Positions 34,136 to 43,466 of a stretch of 64,000 nucleotides of DNA are shown here, in pieces; the stretch's first letter is position 1; each line of letters starts with the position of its first letter. The DNA is from Bdellovibrionales bacterium (GTDB lineage Bacteria; Bdellovibrionota; Bdellovibrionia; Bdellovibrionales; JAGQZY01): the NCBI GenBank assembly GCA_043757265.1, contig JAYUQP010000061.1, positions 9,588-73,587 of the forward strand. The letters are read 5' to 3'. A program made the translations under genes and the position numbers. The notes under the pieces were generated by a model that had not been told where the DNA came from, did not search any database, and was given only the letters and a program-made list of their open reading frames with translations.

Positions 34136-34855
34136 ATGGCGAAGTCAAAAAAAAAGATGAATAAATCCGTAAAAGCAGCTGCGAAAAAAAAGCCCGTTCG
34201 CGTCGTTAATAACAAAACAGCGAAGCCAGTTAAGGCAAGCGCAGCGGTAAAAATTGCCAAAGGTAAAAAGGGCAGTCCGATAAAAAAACAAACTTCGATC
34301 AAAGCAAAAGTTCTGCACACAGTTGATTCGGTGGTCAGCCAGATACAGTCTCTGTTCTCAAGCGAGCCTAAGGATATTGTCCAAGCAGTAAAGATGGATC
34401 ATGATGCACTTAGAAATTTCATCGACATTCTCAAGGACAGTCATCGCGAAATGGCCGAACGCCGTCAGGCATTTAAATTATTTTCGGCTCTCTTAAAATC
34501 ACACAGTCTTGCTGAGGAAAAAGCTGTTTACGCCAATGCCGAAAAGATGTCTGACCGCGATTTAAAAACCGAAATCGCCGAGGGCTTTGTAGAGCACAGT
34601 ATCGCCGACGAATTGCTTGCGCAGATCGAACGAATCGATGATCCATTAACTTGGGGTGCTCATTGCAATGTACTAGCAGAGATAATTGATCATCATATCA
34701 AAGAAGAGGAAGACGAACTTTTGCCTATGATGCGAAAAAATATGGACTCCAAAACTTCGGATAAGATGCTCGAAGAATTTTTAAAACTTCGCCAAGCGTC
34801 GCAAACAATAGTTGAAGAGAAAAATGCCGGTATTCTTAGGGCATCAATGGCTTAG
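34136..34855 (+). CDS. Hemerythrin-like (HHE cation-binding) domain protein with N-terminal histone-H1-like Lys/Ala-rich tail
   Basis: First ~60 aa are MAKSKKKMNKSVKAAAKKKPVRVV...KGKKGSPIKK. The rest has H/E metal-ligand spacing (MDHDALRNF, SHSLAEEKAVY, VEHSIADE, IDHHIKEEEDEL). Confidence 0.6.
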   Translation: MAKSKKKMNKSVKAAAKKKPVRVVNNKTAKPVKASAAVKIAKGKKGSPIKKQTSIKAKVLHTVDSVVSQIQSLFSSEPKDIVQAVKMDHDALRNFIDILKDSHREMAERRQAFKLFSALLKSHSLAEEKAVYANAEKMSDRDLKTEIAEGFVEHSIADELLAQIERIDDPLTWGAHCNVLAEIIDHHIKEEEDELLPMMRKNMDSKTSDKMLEEFLKLRQASQTIVEEKNAGILRASMA

Positions 34856-34932
34856 AAGATAGGCTAGGGCGCTAGTCGGAACGTTCAAAAATTACACATT
34901 TTCTCACAAGTGAGTATAAATTAGCCGCGACT

Positions 34933-34986
34933 GGCCCATCGGCGTCACCTTGAAAAACGACGCCGATGGCCTTATCTCGTTTTTTC
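34933..34986 (+). terminator. Rho-independent terminator downstream of the hemerythrin-like gene
   Basis: Stem catcggcgtc/gacgccgatg (extended by ggc/gcc), followed by ttatctcgtttttt. Confidence 0.65.
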
Positions 34987-35043
34987 AACGGAGCGGTCGC
35001 TTCGAATTATATCCTCGGAAAGATCACCAGTGCGATCGCGGGT

Positions 35044-36495
35044 CTACAAACTGTTAATAAACGCGACGACGTCGATGCGGGATTGTTTATTTAACTTTTT
35101 AAACTTTATCTTTGCAGCTTCGGCTTCACCACCGTGCCACAAAATCGCTTCTTCCACGCTCCGAGCTCGTGCATCATGCAATAGATTTTGATGCCCATTC
35201 ACCGTGGGAATCAAACCAACTCCCCAAAGGGGTTGGGTCCGCCATTCTCGACCATTTATCTGGCTATCCGGTTGGCCATCCAGTCGATGATCCGCAAGCT
35301 CGGGTCCCATGTCGTGCAAGAGAAAATCCGAATAGGGATAAATGGTTTGGTTGTGCAAGAAGGAAACGTCATGCTGTGATCCCGTCCGAAACGTCGGGAT
35401 GTGGCATTGCGTGCAATGAATTTGTTTAAACGATTGTTCTCCGCGCAAAACAGAAGGGTTGTTTGAATCGCGTCTTGCAGGGACTCCAATTGTTTGCGTG
35501 TAAATAGTTAGCCCATCGAGAATAGTTTCGTTGATTTCAGGACTCCCACCGGATGGGGCTTGCAAGCACAGAAGTTGTGCGGTGGTACAATTCTCGTTGG
35601 GAAAAAGCGACGTGGTAAGTCCGAGGTCGCCCAAAAAAGCTGCTGCATTTTGTTGTCTCAGCGTGGGCTGCGACGCTTTCCAACCAAAACGTCCTAGGCG
35701 ATTTGCGGCGGCCGCAATGTCATAAACCAAATTAGCTTTTCCAGATATACCGTCACCGTCCGTATCATTAATATCTTCTCTTTGTAAAATATTCTTTTCG
35801 TCAATAGCTTCAATCAAACCCAGCCCAATCATCTGTGTAGCGACACGTGGAGAAACTCTTGTGTTCGTTGGCAGTGCTCCAAAGCGCAAATCAGTAAAAC
35901 GAAATTCAGGAACACGTAATTGGTACGAATCACCATCATCGTATTTTCCGTCAATCATACGCAAAAAGACTTTAGGAAGAGCCTCACCGGGAACGCCGCT
36001 AATGCCTAATGGGTTCAGCTGTTCACCGTAATTTTCGGCGTTACTCAAACGGAAAAGGAGCGACACGTTTACACTGAATTCGGTGTGACTTGTGGGGGCG
36101 TGATAACCAACACCACGTCCAGCTAACTGGTGGCACGACGTGCAAGATATGGCGTTAAAGGTAGGCCCCAACCCATCGCGATCTTCAGTAAATGCAGGAG
36201 CTTCCGGCCAGCCAATTTTGAAAAATGAATTTCCTTCACCAAACTGAATTAAAGTTTCGCCCTTTACATTTGGGCCAGGGTGAATGAAGGCATTTTTTGA
36301 AAGATCGGTATGTGTTAAATCTCCTGCAGGAAGATCTGAATTTGCCGATACAATAACTATAAAAACTAGAAAAATTGAATTCACTTTATTAAACCGTCCA
36401 ATTTTACCTTCGAGGGCCGTGATACGACGTTTTTGATCAATACAAACTCTAATACGTTTCTTCAAGGTAAACTGTGCCTTGGGAAATTTATTCAC
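35044..36495 (-). CDS. Di-haem cytochrome c peroxidase-like oxidoreductase (DUF1111 family)
   Basis: Two CxxCH motifs (CTSCHQ, CTQCHIP). GRFGWKA and WRTQPLWG blocks are typical of DUF1111 as I recall it. Confidence 0.7.
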   Translation of the reverse strand: MNKFPKAQFTLKKRIRVCIDQKRRITALEGKIGRFNKVNSIFLVFIVIVSANSDLPAGDLTHTDLSKNAFIHPGPNVKGETLIQFGEGNSFFKIGWPEAPAFTEDRDGLGPTFNAISCTSCHQLAGRGVGYHAPTSHTEFSVNVSLLFRLSNAENYGEQLNPLGISGVPGEALPKVFLRMIDGKYDDGDSYQLRVPEFRFTDLRFGALPTNTRVSPRVATQMIGLGLIEAIDEKNILQREDINDTDGDGISGKANLVYDIAAAANRLGRFGWKASQPTLRQQNAAAFLGDLGLTTSLFPNENCTTAQLLCLQAPSGGSPEINETILDGLTIYTQTIGVPARRDSNNPSVLRGEQSFKQIHCTQCHIPTFRTGSQHDVSFLHNQTIYPYSDFLLHDMGPELADHRLDGQPDSQINGREWRTQPLWGVGLIPTVNGHQNLLHDARARSVEEAILWHGGEAEAAKIKFKKLNKQSRIDVVAFINSL

Positions 36496-36521
36496 ATCAA
36501 ATAGAACTGTGACATCACTTG

Positions 36522-37481
36522 CTACTTCGCTGCAGGTAACTGAATTCTCATTTCAAATGGAAAGTGGTCAGAGCCGATGTTTGGGCCGCGGGAGTAGTTA
36601 CCCACACGAAGATTTTCGGTGGCTAAACAATGATCTATAGGGATCCTTAAAAAAGGTAGCGACGAAGGCCAACTAGGAACAAGTCCAGATCCTTGCGGTA
36701 AACGTAATTTTGTTTCGGATAACAATTTTTTAAATGGATGCGACCATGGGGTGGCATTAAAATCACCACATAGAATCGATGGAGTCTGAGTTTTTTGGAT
36801 AAATTTGGAAACGTCATCAAAGTATTCGTTTCGCAGCTGCGTTCCCTCTGCACCGATCGGGGGGAACGGATGGATTGCAACAATATTTAATATTGAATTA
36901 AAAAATTGTATTTTTGCAGATATGTATGGAATTTGTGAGTTGCTCTGTCGATGTATCTTAGTTTGCTCCAGAGGAATTTTGCTTATTATTCCGATTCCAA
37001 AATTGCCATTATCCATAACGGCTTTCCCGTAGGGGTAATCATTTTTTAAACTCACCAAATGCACTCCAAAGCTTGGTGTTAATTCTGTTAAGATAATGAC
37101 ATCGGGGTCGTATTTTCTGACGTAATCGGCAAATTTTTCCCAATTGGTATTTTGACTATTGATGTTTATCGAAGTGAACTTGAACTCTCGGCTGGAAATG
37201 GAGCGACTGATCCCCTTTGATTGATAGAATGGTAGTAGACTTAAACAATTAATAATATGTGTCGGTACAAGTGCAGTTAGATTTGCATAGTTTTTCCTGT
37301 AAACGAGTAGTGATATCGTCAATAGAAAAAAATTGAGAAAAAAGTATTGTATCGCAAAATGTGAAAAAAGATCTAAGAGCCAATGCCACTCACCAAACTT
37401 TCCCAGCATGGTAAACAACAGTAACAGCATGATTGTACCAGTTATTAGGTGTTTTGATAGCCATCTGGAATTTTCCTTCAT
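36522..37481 (-). CDS. Membrane-anchored endonuclease/exonuclease/phosphatase (EEP) family protein (YafD-like)
   Basis: N-terminal hydrophobic helices. EEP blocks VIILTEL, AIHPFPP, CGDFNATPWS, IDHCL, GSDHFP. Confidence 0.7.
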   Translation of the reverse strand: MKENSRWLSKHLITGTIMLLLLFTMLGKFGEWHWLLDLFSHFAIQYFFLNFFLLTISLLVYRKNYANLTALVPTHIINCLSLLPFYQSKGISRSISSREFKFTSININSQNTNWEKFADYVRKYDPDVIILTELTPSFGVHLVSLKNDYPYGKAVMDNGNFGIGIISKIPLEQTKIHRQSNSQIPYISAKIQFFNSILNIVAIHPFPPIGAEGTQLRNEYFDDVSKFIQKTQTPSILCGDFNATPWSHPFKKLLSETKLRLPQGSGLVPSWPSSLPFLRIPIDHCLATENLRVGNYSRGPNIGSDHFPFEMRIQLPAAK

Positions 37482-38292
37482 TTGGTACCACGTACCCGGA
37501 GGGGATGCATAATGTCATGTTCCCGGCATTTTCTCTAGGACCGGCAGCTTTCGGTGCTTTGATTTGTGAATTGTAAATACTTGTTTAGTTAAACTTTTCC
37601 TCATAAGGCGTTTTTGGTCATCTGCAAAACAGAGATTGAGCCAGTCCAAGTCCAAATCGATTTTTTTGTCGAGGTCGTTGAAAAAATCAGTTAACAAAAA
37701 ATCCGAACTTTGGTTTTTAAATGTTGAATAGCAATACTCTTCAACCCGAGAACAGATTCCAGCTTCCACCGGGTTGCGGAGCACATACTTAACACAGTTC
37801 CAAAAATAGTGTTCTGTATCTATGAGGCAGGGTCTATATCGTCCACCGAAAAAGTGATTCATACGCTGACTTTTCGCATTTGCTCGCTTGGCGACCTCTC
37901 GATGCAGGTAAAGCATGGCTGCGCTTAAGTTGTTATTAGGTGTGTGTATCATCAAATGAAAATGATTGGACATGAGTACAAATTGCAGAAGATTGCACCC
38001 GTAGTCTTCTTTAAGAATCGCAAAAATTGACATAAAAAGATCCCATAGCTCGTCTAATGGAAGACTGAAAAAATCTTTATTGTTTGAACGATTTGTAACA
38101 TGGAAAGGGTACTCACTTGATCCAATTACTAGTTTTCGAGGCATATGTGAAGTTTTGCATAATAGATACCTTTTCTAGAACAAGCAAAGCGGAGTTTGAT
38201 ATTTCGAAAGTTGGTTTGCGCCGGATTAGCGGACGTAGACGAAAATCCAGTTTTCGTTGCGCCGCATCTCCCGTAGGTAGGTGGTACCGAAA
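37481..38292. mobile_element. RAYT-type (IS200-like HUH) transposase gene flanked by imperfect ~28-bp inverted repeats
   Basis: Reverse complement of 37481-37508 is GCATCCCCTCCGGGTACGTGGTACCAAA, versus 38264-38292 GCATCTCCCGTAGGTAGGTGGTACCGAAA (19 of 26 identical ungapped). Both contain a GGTACC-centred motif similar to the REP doublet at 42745-42856. Confidence 0.55.
37515..38144 (-). CDS. IS200/Y1 HUH transposase-like protein (REP-associated tyrosine transposase candidate)
   Basis: HUH motif in LMSNHFHLMIHTP. Tyr region NCVKYVLRNPVEAGI. 209 aa. No second (TnpB) ORF. Confidence 0.75.
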   Translation of the reverse strand: MPRKLVIGSSEYPFHVTNRSNNKDFFSLPLDELWDLFMSIFAILKEDYGCNLLQFVLMSNHFHLMIHTPNNNLSAAMLYLHREVAKRANAKSQRMNHFFGGRYRPCLIDTEHYFWNCVKYVLRNPVEAGICSRVEEYCYSTFKNQSSDFLLTDFFNDLDKKIDLDLDWLNLCFADDQKRLMRKSLTKQVFTIHKSKHRKLPVLEKMPGT

Positions 38293-38358
38293 GAGAAACT
38301 AGACTCAAGAGCATCTCAAAATGAGCCGATCTTCTATTTACAATCAAGGAGGATTGGG

Positions 38359-38637
38359 ATGTTTCTTCAAGGTGATTTACAGCGAGTCTTCGATGCACTT
38401 TATCACATGGGAGTGATCGACCCAGTTTTAAAAATGGATTGGAGTGAAGAGTTTGGAAAACTCGACACGCAACCATGGGTTTTAAAACCTGTTCTCGAAG
38501 CGGTAAATCAGTGTCCTGGAAGTTACGAAGAATTGATTGATGAACTGCAGTCCTTTGACAAACTGACTCTGAATTACCTAGCGATGTTGGTGGCTAAAGA
38601 GCTGATGTATTTTCACACGAACACAGTGGTTCATTAG
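38359..38637 (+). CDS. Small cytoplasmic protein (92 aa), unknown function; first gene of the CpaF-type ATPase operon
   Basis: ATG 38359 is preceded by caaggagg SD, and the track start 38281 overlaps the RAYT flank. No family recognised. Confidence 0.45.
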   Translation: MFLQGDLQRVFDALYHMGVIDPVLKMDWSEEFGKLDTQPWVLKPVLEAVNQCPGSYEELIDELQSFDKLTLNYLAMLVAKELMYFHTNTVVH

Positions 38638-38647
38638 AGGAGATTTT

Positions 38648-39193
38648 ATGAAGAGATTAATAGTATTCACAATTTTGTTTTCATTTTCGATATCAGCACT
38701 GGCTGATTGGACCATCGATCTTTCTCGTCGACAAAAAGATCTTAAACGTATGGATCTTGAGGACATGGTCGCAGATGAAAAAAAACAAGGAACTCTTGAG
38801 CAAATCTTTGAAAAAGAAATGCCTAAAGAAGAAGTGGTCATTGCGAATACAGACAAAGGTTTTGTTCCCAATGTTTTACGTCTCAAGAAGGACCAGATTT
38901 ATCAAGTTTCGGTTGTGAATGTGAACAAAAACAAAAAAAATGTTAGCTTCATGTTAGATGCGTTTGCCGAACACCATGGGACTTATTTTGGCGACGTGGT
39001 GACGTTTACAGTAAAGCCGCAAAAAGAAGGTCTTTTTCAGTTTTACTGTCCTGAGGCAGAGTTCATCGGAAAAGTTTTAGTGTATGGTCCCGAAGAGCAG
39101 TTGCAGCCTGTACCATCAATTCATATACGCCAGCCCGCCCAACAAGGCGAAGCTGCAGTACCACCGGCAATCATAAGGGGAGGCCATGAGTAA
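38648..39193 (+). CDS. Secreted cupredoxin-like domain protein
   Basis: Signal MKRLIVFTILFSFSISALA. C-terminal FVPNVLRLKKDQIYQVSVVNVN...VTFTVKPQKEGLFQFYCPEAEFIGKVLVYG follows the Cupredoxin_1-type strand pattern. Confidence 0.45.
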   Translation: MKRLIVFTILFSFSISALADWTIDLSRRQKDLKRMDLEDMVADEKKQGTLEQIFEKEMPKEEVVIANTDKGFVPNVLRLKKDQIYQVSVVNVNKNKKNVSFMLDAFAEHHGTYFGDVVTFTVKPQKEGLFQFYCPEAEFIGKVLVYGPEEQLQPVPSIHIRQPAQQGEAAVPPAIIRGGHE

Positions 39194-40307
39194 AGCGAGC
39201 GAAAAAGATCTCTTTAAAGAGTCGCTTAAAAATTACTTGGCGCCGGTCTTCGGTTATCTCGAGGACCCTTCGATTACTGAGATTCTCATTAACGGTCCCA
39301 ATGATATTTTTATTGAGCGTGGCGGAAAGTTACACCGCACCGATGCAGTGTTTGCGTCAGAAGATGATCTCCTTGCAGGGATCAATAACATTGCTCAATA
39401 TGTAAAACGTCGAATCACCAAAGACGAACCTCGGCTTGATGCACGTCTTCCCGATGGCTCACGAATTCATGCAGTGATCCGCCCGTGTGCAATGAGCGGT
39501 CCCACGGTGAGCATTCGTAAATTTAGTAAAACAAAAATAGACTTTAAAAAATATATTGAATGGGGAGCTATCACTCCCGATGCTGCGCAGTTTTTAGAAA
39601 TCTGCATGTTTCTTGGCAAAAATATTTTAGTCAGCGGCGGAACGGGTTCTGGAAAAACCACACTATTAGGTTTATTGTGCAGTCGCATTCCGAAAGGCCA
39701 AAGAATTATCGTGATTGAGGATGCTAGCGAATTGATCATAGATTACGAACACGTTGTGCGCTTCGAAACAAAAATGGCCGACGAAATGGGCAAAGGCGAA
39801 GTAAGCATGTACGACTTACTTAAAAGCAGTCTGCGCTTGCGACCCGATCGCATCATCGTGGGCGAGGTTCGAGGGTCCGAAGGCATGGAGCTAATTCAGG
39901 CCATGAACACCGGCCACAAAGGATGTTTAGGCACGATACACGCCAATTCAGCCCCCGATGCACTGCTCAGACTCGAAGCATTGGCTTCGGGTGGGGACAA
40001 CAAAATTAGCGAGAAGGCCCTTCGTCATTCCATCTCCTCAGCCATCGAGGTCGTTGTGCAAATTTCTCGCGTATCTGATGGGTCGCGTAAAGTGATGTCG
40101 ATCTCGGAAGCCATCGGGCTTGGCGATGACGGAACCTACAAAACTGAAGACATCTATAGAATCAGTAGCTTAACGCGAACACCCGAGGGTAAATTAAAAG
40201 GGCAAATTGAGCCCACTGGAATGTTGCCCACGTTTATGCGTGAGCTTGAAGACAATAGAATTCCATTTCCTCGCAGTAAATTTTTTACCAGCAAAAAAGC
40301 CTCTTAA
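39186..40307 (+). CDS. CpaF/TadA/VirB11-class type II/IV secretion-system ATPase
   Basis: ITEILINGPNDIFIERGG, Walker A GGTGSGKTT, Walker B IIVIEDASEL, RPDRIIVGEVRG, His box GHKGCLGTIHANS. Confidence 0.85.
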   Translation: MSKASEKDLFKESLKNYLAPVFGYLEDPSITEILINGPNDIFIERGGKLHRTDAVFASEDDLLAGINNIAQYVKRRITKDEPRLDARLPDGSRIHAVIRPCAMSGPTVSIRKFSKTKIDFKKYIEWGAITPDAAQFLEICMFLGKNILVSGGTGSGKTTLLGLLCSRIPKGQRIIVIEDASELIIDYEHVVRFETKMADEMGKGEVSMYDLLKSSLRLRPDRIIVGEVRGSEGMELIQAMNTGHKGCLGTIHANSAPDALLRLEALASGGDNKISEKALRHSISSAIEVVVQISRVSDGSRKVMSISEAIGLGDDGTYKTEDIYRISSLTRTPEGKLKGQIEPTGMLPTFMRELEDNRIPFPRSKFFTSKKAS

Positions 40308-40394
40308 GCGAAGCGGGTTTGCTGCACCTATGTCAAAACTGGGACACGCCCGAGTAACGTTTGTTTTCTCTCTGAAAACGTAGGAAAACGAACT

Positions 40395-41420
40395 GTGCTT
40401 ATAAGCTGCAAAGTTTCTAATTCTGTTCTTACATTTTTAGAGCGTCAAGGAAGGGATCTATCTCCTTTTTATCAAAATCTTGACGTTCCCGAAGACTTTT
40501 TGCGCGACACTTCATGCTGGCTCGAAGCCGAAAAAATGGAAACTTTGCTACGAGACATTGACTCCCTTTTCACAGATGTACCGGATCAATACTTACGAGA
40601 GATTGGCCGACAGAACGAGCAGCTCCGCACATGGGGAGTTCTAGACAGTGTTTTAAAAATGGTGGAATCGCCGCAAGACATTTACTGTCAGCCGTCGCGC
40701 TTTATTTCTTATTTTATTTCTCCAGAGCCACCCATAGCGGCGTGGCGGCAAGACGGCGAAGTGATTCGTTTTCAACTCCCGGTCCTTGCATCACAGTATC
40801 CTTACATCACTTTGTATTTAACGGGTGCCCTTGAAGGGCTCCCACAATACATGCGGCAACCTCTAGCCTCGGTAAAGTGGCAAGACAGCCAGATTGATAT
40901 TTTGTGGAAGCAAACCCAGGAAAGTTTACTTCCCGACGATGAAATGCATCTCCGTCAGTTCAACCCGCAATGGGTGCGAAGCATGATGGAAAGTTTAGAA
41001 AAACATCAAAAAAATTTAGAAAACCGTTCGGGAGCTCCCGAAGCTGTGAGCATGAATGCCGACGAGATGCGCGAGCTGCAAACTTTTTTGCGTGAGACGT
41101 CTGTAAAATTTGAGTTTTTTCTGCAAGAATCTCTAGCGGTGAAAAGCGATTTTTTGAAATTGCATGATTATTTTGTTCGATCGCAACAGCTTGTTACGTT
41201 TTTGGTGCACTCTGGGCGAAAAACCAAACAGGTGGATGAGGCTATGCGACGCATGGATTGGCAGCATGTGCAATCGTCTTACAGTCAAATGGTCGAAGAG
41301 GCGTGCGAACGATTACTAAAAAACAAAGCCACGATGCAAGATTTATCATCGAGCTTTGAAAAATTCAAAAAGTCGACAGAGGCTAAAAATACTTTCGACG
41401 AAAATCTAGCGTTGCCGATG

Positions 41421-41423
<3 letters not shown>
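40395..41423 (+). CDS. Hypothetical protein: sensor-like N-terminal domain plus helical C-terminal half
   Basis: 342 aa, no TM. The N-terminal ~180 aa vaguely resemble H-NOX/V4R/DUF2378-type ligand-binding folds (weak, by eye). Confidence 0.3.
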
Positions 41424-42730
<1,307 letters not shown>

Positions 42731-42744
42731 AAGGTGCCAGTTTC

Positions 42745-42856
42745 GAAAAAGGTACCAAGTACCTTTTCCGGTAACGTAAGCGAGTTGAGGTCTTATCATC
42801 AAATTTTATTTCCCTAACTCTCGTATATTACCGGAAAAGGTACTTGGTACCTTTTC
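42745..42856. repeat. REP doublet (REPIN-like): ~29-bp inverted arms, each itself a GGTAC-CAA-GTACC hairpin, 53-nt spacer
   Basis: Left arm gaaaaaggtaccaagtaccttttccggtaa (42745-74). Right arm ttaccggaaaaggtacttggtaccttttc (42828-56). Degenerate extra half-copies at 42731-42744 and 42859-42878. Confidence 0.8.
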
Positions 42857-42906
42857 CTACCGAAAAACGACTTGGTACATAATCAAGGACGCCTTATCAT
42901 ATTGCT

Positions 42907-43209
42907 ATGACGACTTTTAAAACTTCGTTTATGGATTTACTCAACCGGCCATCAAAAGTTTTTCTGTATGCCGTGGTGATGGCATTGTTGATGCTTCTTT
43001 ACGATGGGAGCTTTTGGAATCTATGGAGCCTGCATCGCAACGAAAAAGAAATGCAAAAGCGTATTCACGCCATCGAGCAAGATGTGCAGTCGTTGCAGTT
43101 TAGGGTTGAAGCCGCTAGGTCGCATTCGTTTATCGAAAGGCAAGCCACAGAGCAACTGGGTTTGGTTCGTGAGGATGAGTTGGTCTTTGTTTTTTCCGAC
43201 GGAGAATAG
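42907..43209 (+). CDS. ftsB: Cell-division protein FtsB/DivIC (septum formation initiator)
   Basis: 100 aa. N-terminal TM, then a coiled coil. IERQATEQLGLVREDELVF matches the family C-terminus. Conserved eno-ftsB synteny. Confidence 0.8.
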   Translation: MTTFKTSFMDLLNRPSKVFLYAVVMALLMLLYDGSFWNLWSLHRNEKEMQKRIHAIEQDVQSLQFRVEAARSHSFIERQATEQLGLVREDELVFVFSDGE

Positions 43210-43211
43210 GA

Positions 43212-43319
43212 TTATTTCGCTAGATCGCGCGTGCTTGCAGCCATAACGTTTGGGCTGCAGTTTTGATAAAAGACGGTCATCCACATAAGACTTAAACCAA
43301 TAAAAATGTATTTAGTCAT
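43212..43319 (-). CDS. Possible 35-aa small membrane/lipoprotein-like peptide (below ORF-track cutoff)
   Basis: Own translation gives MTKYIFIGLSLMWMTVFYQNCSPNVMAASTRDLAK. ATG is preceded by acggaggtccg SD. The Cys follows a hydrophobic stretch, but the lipobox is non-canonical. Confidence 0.3.
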   Translation of the reverse strand: MTKYIFIGLSLMWMTVFYQNCSPNVMAASTRDLAK

Positions 43320-43466
43320 CGGACCTCCGTGCTGTTCCTTATCGGCAATCTCCGAGAAACATTAGGACTTTCGTCGAATTTTTCCAATTTTTTTTAAACT
43401 CAAATGTTTCAATTTGAGACTCAATCGGGTACTGTTCCTCATCCATTTTACGAAAAGGTAAAACAA

